The position numbers were made by a program, and so were the translations under genes. From the NCBI GenBank assembly GCA_963749905.1, contig CAVVOF010000006.1, positions 208,162 to 272,161 of the forward strand: a DNA stretch of 64,000 bases, written 5' to 3'. Numbering within the stretch: the first letter of the stretch is position 1; every line of letters begins with the position of its first letter. This document shows, piece after piece, positions 1 to 12,965 of this stretch. The notes under the pieces were generated by a model, which saw only the letters and a list, made by a program, of their open reading frames with translations, searched no databases and was not told the origin of the DNA. The stretch is from an uncultured Actinomycetota bacterium (GTDB taxonomy: Bacteria > Actinomycetota > Actinomycetes > S36-B12).

Positions 1-1977
1 GAGCACGGCGGAGATGTCCTCGAAGTTGTCCGGCTGCATCGAGCGCAGCAGCGCCCGCATCGGCCCGCCGTCGAGCTGGAACACGCCGAGGGTGTCGCCG
101 CGGGTCAGCAGCTCGTACGTCGGGCGGTCGTCGAGGGTGAGGTCCTCGAGCACGATGGTCTCGCCGCGGTTGGAGTCGATGTGCCGCAGGCAGTCGTCGA
201 GGACGGTCAGGTTGCGCAGGCCGAGGAAGTCCATCTTCAGCAGGCCGAGGGACTCGCAGGCGCCCATGTCGAACTGGGTGATGACCGCGCCGTCCTGCTC
301 GCGCCGCCAGACGGGGATCACGTCGAGGAGCGGCTCACGGCACAGGATGACGCCGGCCGCGTGCACGCCGGGCTGGCGCTTCAGGCCCTCGAGCCCCTTG
401 GCGGTGTCGACCACCTTCTTCGCGTCGGGGTCGGAGTCGTACAGCGCGCGGAACTCCGCGGCCTCGCCGTAGCGTGAGCTGGTCGGGTCGAACGCCCCCG
501 AGAGCGAGACGTCCTTGCCCATCACGGCCGGCGGCATGGCCTTGGTGATCCGGTCGCCGAGGGCGTACGGGTAGCCGAGGACGCGGGCGCTGTCCTTGAC
601 CGCCGCCTTCGCCTTGATCGACCCGTAGGTGATGATCTGCGCAACCCGCTCCTCGCCGTACTTCTCGGTCGCGTAGCGGATCATGTCGCCGCGCCGACGC
701 TCGTCGAAGTCCATGTCGATGTCGGGCATCGAGACGCGCTCGGGATTCAGGAAGCGCTCGAACAGCAGGCCGTGCTTCATCGGGTCGAGCTCGGTGATGC
801 CCAGGGCGTACGCGATCATCGCGCCGGCCGCGGACCCACGACCGGGACCGACCCGGATGCCGTTCTCCTTGGCGTGGCGGACGAGGTCGGCCGTGACGAG
901 GAAGTAGCCCGGGAAGCCCATCTGGATGATGACTCCGACCTCGTACTCGGCCTGCGTGCGGACGGCGTCCGGCACAGCGCCCTTGTAGCGATGGAGCAGG
1001 CCGCGTTCGACCTCCTTGACCAGCCAGGACTCCTCCGACTCACCGGCCGGCACCGGGAACTGCGGCATCAGGTTGGCGCCCTCGGCGAACTCGACCTCGC
1101 ACCGCTCGGCGATGAGCAGCGTGTTCGAGCAGGCCTCGGGCAGCTCGGCCCACACCCGGCGCATCTCGTCGGCCGACTTGACGTAGAAGTCGCGGGCATC
1201 GAACCGGAACCGCTTGGGGTCGTCCATCGTGGTCCGGGTGCCGATGCACAGCAGCACGTCATGGGTGTCGGCGTCGTCGGCGTGCACGTAGTGCAGGTCG
1301 TTGGTGGCCACCAGCGGGAGGTCGAGCTGCTTGGCGATGCGCAGCAGGTCCTCGCGGAAGCGCCGTTCGATGGCCAGCCCGTGGTCCATGAGCTCGACGA
1401 AGTAGTTGCCCTGGCCGAGAATGTCGCGGAAGTCGGCCGCCGCCGCGAGGGCGCGGTCGTACTTGCCGGCCTGCAGCCAGCGGTTCACCTCGCCGCTCGG
1501 GCAGCCGGTGGTGCCGATCAGTCCGGACCCGTAGCGCTCGAGCAGTTCACGGTCGAATCGCGGCTTGAAGTAGTAGCCCTCGAGGCTCGACAGTGAGGAC
1601 AGTCGGAACAGGTTGTGCATGCCGACCGTGTTCTCGGCCCACAGCGTCATGTGGGTGTAGCTCTGCTTGCCGCGACCGGCGCTCGCCTCGTCCGGGGTGC
1701 CTTCGTCGAAGCCGCCGCCGAAGTCGAACGGCCGGCGCTCGAAGCGGCCCTGAGGGGCGTAGTAGCCCTCGAGGCCGATGATCGGCTTGATGCCGTTGGC
1801 GCGGGCCTTGGTGTAGAAGTCGTACGCCCCGTAGAGGTTTCCGTGGTCGGTCATCGCCATGGCCGGCATGCCCAGCCGCTGCGCCTCCTCGAACAGGTCG
1901 GGCAGGCGGGCCGCACCGTCCAGCATCGAGTACTCGGTGTGCACATGGAGGTGCACGAACTGGTCGGACGGGGGCAC
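1..1977 (-). CDS. dnaE: DNA polymerase III alpha subunit (DnaE1), first ~659 codons; gene continues beyond window start
   Basis: Absent from ORF track because it has no in-window stop. My minus-strand translation from GTG at 1977 reads VPPSDQFVHLHVHTEYSMLDG (PHP domain), GPGRGSAAGAMIAYALGITELDP, PDIDMDFDERRRGDMIRY, KRQPGVHAAGVIL and KMDFLGLRNLTV, uninterrupted to position 1. An alternative GTG lies at 1986. Confidence 0.93.
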   Translation of the reverse strand, partial: MPPSDQFVHLHVHTEYSMLDGAARLPDLFEEAQRLGMPAMAMTDHGNLYGAYDFYTKARANGIKPIIGLEGYYAPQGRFERRPFDFGGGFDEGTPDEASAGRGKQSYTHMTLWAENTVGMHNLFRLSSLSSLEGYYFKPRFDRELLERYGSGLIGTTGCPSGEVNRWLQAGKYDRALAAAADFRDILGQGNYFVELMDHGLAIERRFREDLLRIAKQLDLPLVATNDLHYVHADDADTHDVLLCIGTRTTMDDPKRFRFDARDFYVKSADEMRRVWAELPEACSNTLLIAERCEVEFAEGANLMPQFPVPAGESEESWLVKEVERGLLHRYKGAVPDAVRTQAEYEVGVIIQMGFPGYFLVTADLVRHAKENGIRVGPGRGSAAGAMIAYALGITELDPMKHGLLFERFLNPERVSMPDIDMDFDERRRGDMIRYATEKYGEERVAQIITYGSIKAKAAVKDSARVLGYPYALGDRITKAMPPAVMGKDVSLSGAFDPTSSRYGEAAEFRALYDSDPDAKKVVDTAKGLEGLKRQPGVHAAGVILCREPLLDVIPVWRREQDGAVITQFDMGACESLGLLKMDFLGLRNLTVLDDCLRHIDSNRGETIVLEDLTLDDRPTYELLTRGDTLGVFQLDGGPMRALLRSMQPDNFEDISAVL

Positions 1978-2066
1978 GAGCCCCACCCTAGCCAGCGCAG
2001 GTGACGGCCGGGACCGACCACGCCGAGGATCGCCGGCGCGTCCGCAGACCGGCCGTCAGCGGGGGG

Positions 2067-2993
2067 TCAACTGCCGCCGCGGAGCAGGTCCAGGGCCCGC
2101 TGGAGGTCGGGTGGGTAGTCGCTCTCGAGGCAGATCCGCTCCCCGGTCGCCGGGTGCTCGAAGCACAGGCGCACCGCGTGCAACCACTGTCTCGTCAGTC
2201 CCACCCGCTTCGCCAGCACCGGATCCGCGCCGTAGGTCAGGTCGCCCACGCACGGATGCCGCAGGGCGGCCATGTGCACCCGGATCTGGTGCGTGCGCCC
2301 AGTCTCGAGGTGCACCTCGAGCAGCGAGGCGTGCGGGAAGGCCTCGAGGGTGTCGTAGTGGGTCACGGACGGCTTGCCCCCGCTGACCACCGCCCACTTG
2401 TAGTCGTGCTGGGGGTGCCGGTCGATCGGGGCGTCGATCGTGCCACTGAGCGGATCGCAGTGCCCCTGGACGACTGCGTGGTACACCTTGTCGACCGTGC
2501 GCTCCTTGAACTGCCGCTTCAGGCTGGTGTAGGCGCGCTCGCTCTTGGCCACCGCCATCACGCCCGACGTGCCGACGTCCAGCCGATGCACGATGCCCTG
2601 CCGCTCGGCCGCGCCGGAGGTGCTCACCCGATAGCCGGCCGCCGCCAGCCCCCCGACCACGGTGGGGCCGGACCAGCCCGGGCTCGGATGGGCGGCCACG
2701 CCGACCGGCTTGTCGACGACCACCACGTCGTCGTCGTCGAGGAGGATCCGCATGCCCGGCACCGGCTCGGGCGGTCCCTGCGGCTCGGCAGCCGGCTCGC
2801 GCAGGTCGACCGTCAGCAGCGAACCGGGCACCAGGCGGTCGGACTTGGTGCCGGGAACCCCGTCGACCAGCACCGCCCCGTCCGCGACCAGGTCGGCCGC
2901 GCGCGAGCGGGACAGGCCGAGCATCCGGGTGAGGGCGACGTCCAGCCGTTCCCCGGCGAGGCCGTCGGGAACGGGGAGCAGGCGCTCACTCAT
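2067..2993 (-). CDS. rluD: RluA/RluD-family 23S rRNA pseudouridine synthase
   Basis: C-terminal 308 aa of ORF 2067..3296, starting [11 protein letters not shown]. It has an S4-like N-terminus and the motifs [15 protein letters not shown] and [11 protein letters not shown]. It lies downstream of lspA, as in other actinobacteria. Confidence 0.9.
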   Translation of the reverse strand: MSERLLPVPDGLAGERLDVALTRMLGLSRSRAADLVADGAVLVDGVPGTKSDRLVPGSLLTVDLREPAAEPQGPPEPVPGMRILLDDDDVVVVDKPVGVAAHPSPGWSGPTVVGGLAAAGYRVSTSGAAERQGIVHRLDVGTSGVMAVAKSERAYTSLKRQFKERTVDKVYHAVVQGHCDPLSGTIDAPIDRHPQHDYKWAVVSGGKPSVTHYDTLEAFPHASLLEVHLETGRTHQIRVHMAALRHPCVGDLTYGADPVLAKRVGLTRQWLHAVRLCFEHPATGERICLESDYPPDLQRALDLLRGGS

Positions 2994-3001
2994 GCGTGCG
3001 C

Positions 3002-3562
3002 TCAGCTCCGGGCACCGGTGATCTCGATCCCGCGTAGAGCCAGCACGACCATCAGCACCGCCGAGCAGGTGATGAACATGTCGGCGACGTTGAAGACGGC
3101 GAAGTTCGGCAGCTGGATGAAGTCCACGACGTAGCCCAAGCCGAAGCTGGGGGGCCGGGTCAGGCGATCGATCAGGTTGCCGAGCAGGCCGCCCAGCAGG
3201 CCGCCGAGGGCGACTGCCCACCACATGCTGCCGAGGCGCCGGGAGGTGCGCAGGATGATGATCGTGACGACGACGGCCACGATGGAGAAGATCCACGTGT
3301 AGCCGGCGCCGATGGAGAAGGCGGCGCCGGTGTTCTCCACGTAGGTGAACTTGAGCAGGCCGCCCAGCAGCACGATGGGGCCCTCGCCGGACTCGATGCG
3401 GGGCTTCAACTCCGCGACGACCCAGGCCTTGGTCAGCCGATCGAGGAGGACGGCGCCGACCGCCACGCCGGCCAGCGTCCAGAGGCAGGTGCGCCGCCGG
3501 GCTCGGTCCACCGTCTCCGGAACCGGGACCTCGTCGGCCACCATGGGATCCGGAGCAGTCAC
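3002..3562 (-). CDS. lspA: Lipoprotein signal peptidase II
   Basis: ORF 3002..3562. Motifs [12 protein letters not shown] and [20 protein letters not shown] plus four hydrophobic segments. Its stop is 9 nt before the rluD start. Confidence 0.92.
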   Translation of the reverse strand: MTAPDPMVADEVPVPETVDRARRRTCLWTLAGVAVGAVLLDRLTKAWVVAELKPRIESGEGPIVLLGGLLKFTYVENTGAAFSIGAGYTWIFSIVAVVVTIIILRTSRRLGSMWWAVALGGLLGGLLGNLIDRLTRPPSFGLGYVVDFIQLPNFAVFNVADMFITCSAVLMVVLALRGIEITGARS

Positions 3563-3592
3563 CGCCTCACCCTACTCAACGCACCGGCGTGG

Positions 3593-3660
3593 CCCCGTCG
3601 AGCGTGGAGCTCAGGCGCCCTGTCCCGGCGGGTCGCGCCTGAGCGCCACGCTCGACGGGG
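3593..3660. repeat. Type-A palindromic hairpin repeat, copy 1
   Basis: Left arm ccccgtcgagcgtggagctcaggcgc (3593-3618), 16-nt loop, right arm gcgcctgagcgccacgctcgacgggg (3635-3660). One arm mismatch. Intergenic, between the DksA-like stop and the lspA start. Confidence 0.85.
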
Positions 3661-3670
3661 TGACGGACTG

Positions 3671-4509
3671 CTAGTAGCGCTCCTCCGCCTGCTTGCAGGC
3701 CAGGCACAGCGTTGCCCGCGGGAACGCCTGCAGCCGGTACTTGCCGATCGGCCGTCCGCAGGACTCGCAGATCCCGTACGTGCCCTCCTCGATGCGCTGC
3801 AGCGCGTGCTGGACCTGCTCCATCATGTCCCGCGCGTTGTTCGCCAGGGACATCTCGTGCTCGCGCTCGAAGGTCTTGCTGCCGGCATCGGCCTGGTCGT
3901 CGCCGGCGCCGTCGCCGGAATCCCGGATGAGGTCGGCCAGGCCCTCCTCCGCGGCGGAGACCTCCTCCTGGAGGCGGATCAGGTCCGCGTTGAGCTCGGC
4001 TCGGACGGCCGCGCGCTCCTTGGCCGTCCACGGTGACTCGTCCTCGCGCACCGCCAACCGAGGCCGGGGCGCGGCAACCCGCTTGATCGTCGCCTTCTTC
4101 GCCGGCGCAGCCTTCTTCGCCGGCGCAGCCTTCTTGACCGGTGCGGCCTTCTTCGCGGCGCAGCCTTCTTCGCCGGCGCGGCCTTCTTCACGGGAGCCTT
4201 CTTGACCGGTGCGGCCTTCTTCGCCGGCGCGGCCTTCTTCGCGGGCGCGGCCTTCTTCGCGGGCGCGGCCTTCTTCGCGGGCGCGGCCTTCTTCGCGGGC
4301 GCGGCCTTCTTCGCGGGCGCGGCCTTCTTCGCCGGCGCAGCCTTCTTCGCCGGCGCGGCCTTCTTCACCGGAGCCTTCTTCGCGGGAGCCTTCTTGACCG
4401 GCGCAGCCTTCTTCGCCGGAGCGGCCTTCTTCACCGGAGCCTTCTTCGCGGGTGCGGGCTTCTTCGCCGGAGCTGCCTTCTTGGCCGCCGGCCGAGCAGA
4501 CCTCGCCAT
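3671..4509 (-). CDS. Histone-H1-like (AAPAKK repeat) N-terminus fused to a DksA/TraR C4 zinc-finger domain (Streptomyces DdbA-like); reading frame broken by a 1-nt deletion near 4156
   Basis: ORF 3979..4509 begins MARSARPAAKKAAPAKK and carries the repeats. ORF 3671..4675 ends with KKAAPAKKATIKR, FEREHEMSLANNARDMMEQVQHALQRIEEGTYGICESCGRPIGKYRLQAFPRATLCLACKQ. The two frames join where cttcgccggcg has become cttcgcggcg (4151-4160). Confidence 0.8.
4090..4490 (-). repeat. In-frame 18-nt tandem repeat encoding (A/P)AKKAA units
   Basis: About 20 units. Five identical consecutive 18-mers gcggccttcttcgcgggc occupy 4229-4318, flanked by near-identical variants. Confidence 0.85.
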
Positions 4510-4656
4510 GAGTTCCCCTGTTCCTCGTGGACCCTCCGGTCCCGAATGCGGAATGTCCGCAGCAGGCTAGGCCCATGCCGCCCCGAGCCCGGGGAGCCGC
4601 GCCGATATCCTGACCATTCGCGTGATCGACGCACCCCGAACCCTGATGGAGGACGC

Positions 4657-7797
<3,141 letters not shown>

Positions 7798-7812
7798 CCT
7801 GACGGGCGTCGA

Positions 7813-8277
7813 CTACTCGGCGTCGATCAGCCGACGCTGGTCGTCGAGCATCGCGCGCACCGACGCCCGGATGGCGTCCGCCCGAGCCTGCGCGTACCGG
7901 ACGATCTCGTCGGCCGTGCGCTGGGCGAGCGCGAGCACCGCCTCGGCATCGGGGTTCTCCGACACCTGGGCGATCAGCTCTGCCGGGATCACCGGCTCGG
8001 TAGCGGCTACCGCGACCGCGCCCCGGGTGGCGGTGGCCAGCTGCTCCTGCAGCTCGGCCATCCGCTGCTCGGCGCCGACCAGGCGGGCCTGCAACTGGTC
8101 GCACTGCGTGCGCAGGACCGCCTCGCCGTCACGGGACCGCTGGAGTTCGTCGGCGTACTGCGCCACATCCGCCTCGAGGATGTCGAGGAACGCGTCGACC
8201 TCGTCCATGTCGTAGCCCGCGCGCATGCGCGTCGTCCCGAACTGCATGGCACGCACCTCGGCGGCGGTGATGGGCAT
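7813..8277 (-). CDS. divIVA: DivIVA/Wag31-family cell-pole protein
   Basis: MPITAAEVRAMQFGTTRMRAGYDMDEVDAFLD is the typical DivIVA N-terminus, followed by coiled coil. ATG at 8277 is preceded by ggagga. It is the last gene of the dcw-ylm cluster. Confidence 0.88.
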   Translation of the reverse strand: MPITAAEVRAMQFGTTRMRAGYDMDEVDAFLDILEADVAQYADELQRSRDGEAVLRTQCDQLQARLVGAEQRMAELQEQLATATRGAVAVAATEPVIPAELIAQVSENPDAEAVLALAQRTADEIVRYAQARADAIRASVRAMLDDQRRLIDAE

Positions 8278-8305
8278 CGGTCCTCCCGGACGTCGGATCG
8301 TGCGA

Positions 8306-8602
8306 TCAGGTGGTGGCCGCCAGCGTACGAGCAATCCCCATCAGGATGTTCGTGCCGATGAACAGGATGAGGAAGGCGAGGTCCAGCTGCACCTGGCCGA
8401 GTCGCAGGGGCGGGACGACGCGGCGGATCCACCGCAGGGGCGGGTCGGTCACCGTGTAGATCAGCTCGAGCACGATGAGGAGCGGACCCCGCGGACGCCA
8501 GTCCCGGGCGAAGGCCTGCACGAGGTCGAACACCAGGCGCGCCAGCAGCAGGATCCAGAAGACGAACAGCAGCGCAGCTATCGCCTCGAAGACGAGTGAC
8601 AT
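8306..8602 (-). CDS. YggT-family membrane protein
   Basis: 98 aa with two to three TM segments. It holds the conserved position between sepF and divIVA. Confidence 0.85.
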   Translation of the reverse strand: MSLVFEAIAALLFVFWILLLARLVFDLVQAFARDWRPRGPLLIVLELIYTVTDPPLRWIRRVVPPLRLGQVQLDLAFLILFIGTNILMGIARTLAATT

Positions 8603-8671
8603 GTACGCGTTCTCCCCTGCGGTGCTCTGCTCGGTTGGTTGCTCGACGCCCGGCCGCGGCCGACGGGTCGA

Positions 8672-9262
8672 TCAGCTCTGGTTGAAGAAGCCATCCTTGG
8701 CGATCTGGGCCCGGGCCTCGTCGCCCACGTCGACGTTGACCGGCGAGAGCAGGAACACCTTGTTGGTGATGCGCTCGATGGACCCGCGCAGCCCGAAGAC
8801 CAGGCCGGCGGCGAAGTCGATGATGCGCTTGGCATCCGCGTCCTCGAGTTCGGACAGGTTCATGATCACCGGCACGCCCTCGCGGTACTGCTCGCCGATG
8901 CGACGGGCATCGTTGTAGCTGCGCGGATGGATCGTCTCGATCCTCGACAGGTCGGGAGCCGGCGCGTACGTCGGGCGGCGGTCGGCTAGCGGAGCGGCGG
9001 TGGGACGCGACGGCGGGGCGGCATCCGCTCGGAAGGTGCGCACGGCCCGGGTATCCGGGATCGGCTTCACGCTTCGACTGGTGTAGCGGTCGTCGTACTC
9101 CGGCTCGTAGCCCTGCTCATAGCCGCGGCCCGCGGATCCGCGACTGTCGCGCGAGGAACTGCGCCGTGGCGCGTCGTACTCATCGAAGTCGTCGTAGGCC
9201 TCGTCACCGTGGTCCTCGACGAGACCCAGGTACACGGCCATCTTGCGCATCGCGCCAGCCAT
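8672..9262 (-). CDS. sepF: Cell division protein SepF
   Basis: [18 protein letters not shown]-terminus and the C-terminal domain [49 protein letters not shown]. Confidence 0.92.
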   Translation of the reverse strand: MAGAMRKMAVYLGLVEDHGDEAYDDFDEYDAPRRSSSRDSRGSAGRGYEQGYEPEYDDRYTSRSVKPIPDTRAVRTFRADAAPPSRPTAAPLADRRPTYAPAPDLSRIETIHPRSYNDARRIGEQYREGVPVIMNLSELEDADAKRIIDFAAGLVFGLRGSIERITNKVFLLSPVNVDVGDEARAQIAKDGFFNQS

Positions 9263-9315
9263 GCCATCCTCCCTGTACGACGCATGCGGCGAGACCGCAT
9301 GTGATTGTGTTGACG

Positions 9316-10041
9316 TTACTGCACGTACGTCCGGTCGCCGAGTATCGCTCCCCCGATGCGCACCTGTGTCGCGCCCTCGGCGATGGCCTCCTCGAGGTCG
9401 CCGCTCATCCCCGCGGAGATCACGTCCGCACCCGGATGTTCTCGTCTCAAGGAGTCAGCGACCGCCCGCAGGCGGGCGAACGCGGCCCGTGGCCCACCCG
9501 GAGCAGGCGGATAGGGCGCGACTCCCATCACGCCCCGGAGCCGTAGCGACGACTGGCCCGCGACGATTTCGGCCAACGCCGGCACGTCGTCCGGCGAGGA
9601 CCCGCCGCGATCGGGACGCGGATCGGGATCCAGGTCGACCTGGAGCAGCACGTCGAGCACTCGCTCCCGGCCGGTCGCGGCGCGGGCGAGGGCCAGTGCG
9701 AGCTCGGGACGATCCACGGACTCGACGATGTCTGCCCATCGGACGACCGACGCGGCCTTGTTGCGCTGCAGCTGGCCGATCATGTGCCACCGCAGCCGCT
9801 CGCCGCCGGCGGCGCAGGCCAGCCGCTTGGCGCGTGCCTCCTGGTCACGGTTCTCGCCGACGTCGCCGACCCCTAGGCCGGCCAGGATGTCCACGTCGGT
9901 CGCGGGGAAGGTCTTCGTCACCACGACGAGGGTCACCCCGTCGGCACGGCCGGCCGCCCGTCGGGCGCCCTCGATCCGGGCCGACACCTGCGCCAGTCCC
10001 GCGGCGATCTGCGCCGTTCGTTCGTCGACGTGCTCGGTCAC
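9316..10041 (-). CDS. YggS/YlmE-family PLP-binding protein
   Basis: GTG at 10041 inside ORF 9316..10308. Motifs [28 protein letters not shown] and [10 protein letters not shown]. Confidence 0.88.
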   Translation of the reverse strand: MTEHVDERTAQIAAGLAQVSARIEGARRAAGRADGVTLVVVTKTFPATDVDILAGLGVGDVGENRDQEARAKRLACAAGGERLRWHMIGQLQRNKAASVVRWADIVESVDRPELALALARAATGRERVLDVLLQVDLDPDPRPDRGGSSPDDVPALAEIVAGQSSLRLRGVMGVAPYPPAPGGPRAAFARLRAVADSLRREHPGADVISAGMSGDLEEAIAEGATQVRIGGAILGDRTYVQ

Positions 10042-10796
10042 GAAGCCATCCTCGCGATGACGATGCCCTGACGCCCGGTGAGCCGGTCCCGCCGGTATGA
10101 GAACAGGCCGGGATCCTCGGCCGTGCAGCCTGCTGCGACGAGGACAGCGTCGGAAGGGACGCCCGCCTCGGCCAGGCGGGCGATCACGCCACGCGAGACG
10201 TCGATGCCCGGCTGGCCGTCGGCGCACGACACGACGGCCGTCCGAGCCACAGCCGGCGAGCAGCGCGCCTCGATCTCCCTTGCGCGCTCGGGCGGCACCG
10301 GGTAGCACTGCCCGCAGATGGCGCCCCCGAGAACGGCATGGTCCACCCCGCTGCCCTGGTCCGACATCGCCGCGACCAGCGCCCCGACCACGTCCGCGGC
10401 CAGCCCGCGCCAGCCGCAGTGCGCGACACCCACGGTCGCGCCGTCGGACCCGACGAGCGCCAACGGGACGCAGTCCGCACCGAGCGCAGCCAGCGCGAGT
10501 CCGGGCGTGCGCGTCACCAGGGCATCCACGCCGGCGACCACTCCGGGCCGGTCGACGAGGGCGACGTCGGCGCCGTGGACGGCGTCCATCACCGCCAGTC
10601 CAGCGGCGGCCACCCAGCCGGACGCGACGGCCCGGTTGTGCGCGACCGCCTCGTCGTCATCGCCCACGTAGCCGGCGAGGTTCAGTGATGCGTACGACGC
10701 CTGGCTGCTTCCGCCCCAACGACCAGTGGCCGCCCATCGTGCCGGGCGGCCACCAGTGCTGCGGGGGTCGAGGACCCCAGCGGCGATCGAGAACAT
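10038..10796 (-). CDS. pgeF: YlmD/PgeF laccase-domain (purine nucleoside phosphorylase-like) protein
   Basis: C-terminal 252 aa of ORF 10038..11975, from MFSIAAG. Motifs SLNLAGYVGDD, ADCVPL, HCGWRG and the C-terminal FSYRRD. Confidence 0.85.
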   Translation of the reverse strand: MFSIAAGVLDPRSTGGRPARWAATGRWGGSSQASYASLNLAGYVGDDDEAVAHNRAVASGWVAAAGLAVMDAVHGADVALVDRPGVVAGVDALVTRTPGLALAALGADCVPLALVGSDGATVGVAHCGWRGLAADVVGALVAAMSDQGSGVDHAVLGGAICGQCYPVPPERAREIEARCSPAVARTAVVSCADGQPGIDVSRGVIARLAEAGVPSDAVLVAAGCTAEDPGLFSYRRDRLTGRQGIVIARMAS

Positions 10797-10813
10797 CGCG
10801 TCGATCCGCCGCC

Positions 10814-11929
10814 TTACTTGAGGAAGTCGGGGATGTCGAGATCGTCGTCCGAGTCGTCGAACACGATGGTCCGCGGCTGGGACAGGCTCCGCGCCCCCGG
10901 CGCCACGACAGCCGGGACCTCGCCGGTGTCGCCACCGTCGCGCAGGCGGGCGGTCTGCCCGCCGCTCTTCTTCGCCGGCGGCTCCCCGCCGTCGAACCCC
11001 GCGGCGATGACGGTGACGCGCACCTCGTCTCCGAGGGTGTCGTCGATGACCGCGCCGAAGATGATGTTGGCGTCCGGATGGGCCGCGTCGGCCACGAGGC
11101 GCGCGGCCTCGTTGATCTCGAAGAGCCCGAGGTCGCTGCCGCCGGAGATGGACAGCAGCACGCCGTGCGCACCGTCGATACCGGCCTCCAGCAGTGGGCT
11201 GGAGATCGCCTTCTCGGCCGCCTCGACCGCACGGTCCTCGCCCCGCGCGGACCCGATGCCCATCAGGGCAGAGCCGGCGGAGTGCATGACGCTCTTCACG
11301 TCGGCGAAGTCGAGGTTGATCAGGCCGGGAGTGGTGATCAGGTCGGTGATGCCCGAGACGCCCTGGAGCAGCACGTGATCGGCCTGCCGGAACGCGTCGA
11401 TGACGCTGATGTTCCGATCGGCAAGCGAGAGCAGTCGATCGTTCGGGATGACGATGAGAGTGTCGACCTCGGCGCGCAGCGCGTCGACGCCGGCCTCGGC
11501 CTGCGCCTGCCGGCGACGGCCCTCGAAGCCGAACGGCCGGGTCACCACGCCGATGGTGAGCGCGCCGAGGGACCGGGCCACCCGAGCCACGACGGGTGCG
11601 CCGCCGGTGCCGGTGCCGCCACCCTCGCCCGCGGTGACGAAGACCATGTCGGCCCCCTTGAGGACCTCCTCGATCTCCTCCATGTGGTCCTCGGCCGCCT
11701 TGCGGCCGACCTCGGGGTTGGCGCCTGCGCCGAGGCCCCGCGTCAGTTCGCGGCCGATGTCGAGCTTCACGTCGGCGTCGCTCATGAGCAGCGCCTGCGC
11801 GTCGGTGTTGATGGCGATGAACTCGACGCCCTTCAGGCCGACCTCGATCATGCGGTTGACCGCATTCACGCCACCGCCGCCGATGCCGACGACCTTGATC
11901 ACTGCCAGGTAGTTCTGCGGAGCCGCCAC
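10814..11929 (-). CDS. ftsZ: Cell division GTPase FtsZ
   Basis: [37 protein letters not shown] and the C-terminal [10 protein letters not shown]. Confidence 0.98.
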   Translation of the reverse strand: MAAPQNYLAVIKVVGIGGGGVNAVNRMIEVGLKGVEFIAINTDAQALLMSDADVKLDIGRELTRGLGAGANPEVGRKAAEDHMEEIEEVLKGADMVFVTAGEGGGTGTGGAPVVARVARSLGALTIGVVTRPFGFEGRRRQAQAEAGVDALRAEVDTLIVIPNDRLLSLADRNISVIDAFRQADHVLLQGVSGITDLITTPGLINLDFADVKSVMHSAGSALMGIGSARGEDRAVEAAEKAISSPLLEAGIDGAHGVLLSISGGSDLGLFEINEAARLVADAAHPDANIIFGAVIDDTLGDEVRVTVIAAGFDGGEPPAKKSGGQTARLRDGGDTGEVPAVVAPGARSLSQPRTIVFDDSDDDLDIPDFLK

Positions 11930-12110
11930 GGCTGCCCGTCCTTTCCTCCGGTGCCGCCGGGACTCCTCCCGGCAACGTCTGCGACCAGACCCTTAACCTC
12001 TACTTGAGGCTAAGATTTCGACCCGGCCTTGGCCGGCGGGAGGTTAGGCCTTTTCTTCCCTGTTGCGCAAGGTGAGGGTGGGACCAAAGTCTCAACTACT
12101 ACTTGAGACC

Positions 12111-12182
12111 GATCCCGTCGAGCGTGGAGCTGAGGCGCGAAACGCCGAAGGCGAGCGCCTCAGCTCCACGCTCGACGGGATC
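12111..12182. repeat. Type-A palindromic hairpin repeat, copy 2 (perfect 28-nt arms)
   Basis: gatcccgtcgagcgtggagctgaggcgc (12111-12138), 16-nt loop gaaacgccgaaggcga, gcgcctcagctccacgctcgacgggatc (12155-12182). It ends 2 nt from the ftsQ stop codon. Confidence 0.88.
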
Positions 12183-12184
12183 GG

Positions 12185-12965
12185 TCAGCGGGATCGGAAC
12201 GTGGTCGGCATCTCGGGTGCCGACACGTCGTACAGGTCGGCGCGGCGCCGGCTGTCCAGCAGCACCCGGAGCACCTCCGCCTTGAACTCGGGCTGCTCCG
12301 CACTCCCCCAGCGCACCTGGTCCCCCGACCGCAGGCGCAGCAGGACGTCATCGCGAGTGGTCGCCTCCGCCGACACCACTCGGCGGGACAGGTCGGCGGG
12401 CAGGCTGTCCAGCACCGCCATCGTCTCCGCCAGCGCCGCCCCGGACGCCGTGACCCGGGGCAGGCCCTTGGGCAGGGCGCCGAGCGGCTCGAACACCACG
12501 CCCTCCGCATCGACGGCCCGACGCACCGCCGGTGCCACCGCTGCGCCGGCGAACGACGAGCCGGCGGTCGACGGGGCACCGGTGGAGATCACGATGGCCA
12601 CCGGCACGCGTTCCGTGACTGCGACGACGATCTCCGACGGCCAGCCGCGCCGCACCTCGACACTCGACACCCACGGCAGCTCGCGGACGGACTCCTCGGC
12701 GCGCTGCGTGTCGATGCGGGCCAGCGGCTGGCCCAGCGGCACCGCAGCAGCGGCCAGCACCGCGTCGGCGCGGGCACCCTCGATGCCGACGACGCGGACG
12801 TCCTGCGCAGCCAGCAGCGACGAGAACCAGACGGCCCACACCGCTGCGGCGACCAGGGCGGCCACCAGCAGCACGAGCCAGCACGCGGATCAGCCTGCGG
12901 TACGAGCGGCGGGGCGCGGCGAGCGCGCGAGCGGGGGCCGGGCGGTCGACGGTCGGCGCGCTCAT
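12185..12965 (-). CDS. ftsQ: Cell division protein FtsQ (POTRA); apparent frameshift near 12877
   Basis: The N-terminus [13 protein letters not shown]...YRRLIRVLA sits in one frame (ATG 12965, ATGA overlap with the murC stop). The TM and POTRA body VLLVAALVAAAVWAVWFSS...VRVVGIEGA sits in ORF 12185..12874. Confidence 0.85.

Noticed and set aside
4090-4490. Regular repeats that could be mistaken for a CRISPR array.
   Set aside because: The 18-nt units are contiguous with no spacers, lie in frame and encode Lys/Ala/Pro repeats of a protein. No cas genes are present in the window.
4510-4656. Possible T-box leader upstream of ileS, as known for actinobacterial ileS genes.
   Set aside because: I could not find the conserved T-box sequence (…GGUGGUACCGCG-like) by eye. 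The spacer is only 147 nt and must also hold the divergent promoter. A small hairpin gcgu-GAUCG-acgc carrying an AUC triplet is not sufficient evidence. An Rfam T-box scan would settle it.
10038-11975. 645-aa ORF spanning pgeF and ftsZ.
   Set aside because: Only the last 252 codons, from MFSIAAG at 10796, look like YlmD/PgeF. The remainder is ftsZ in the wrong frame.
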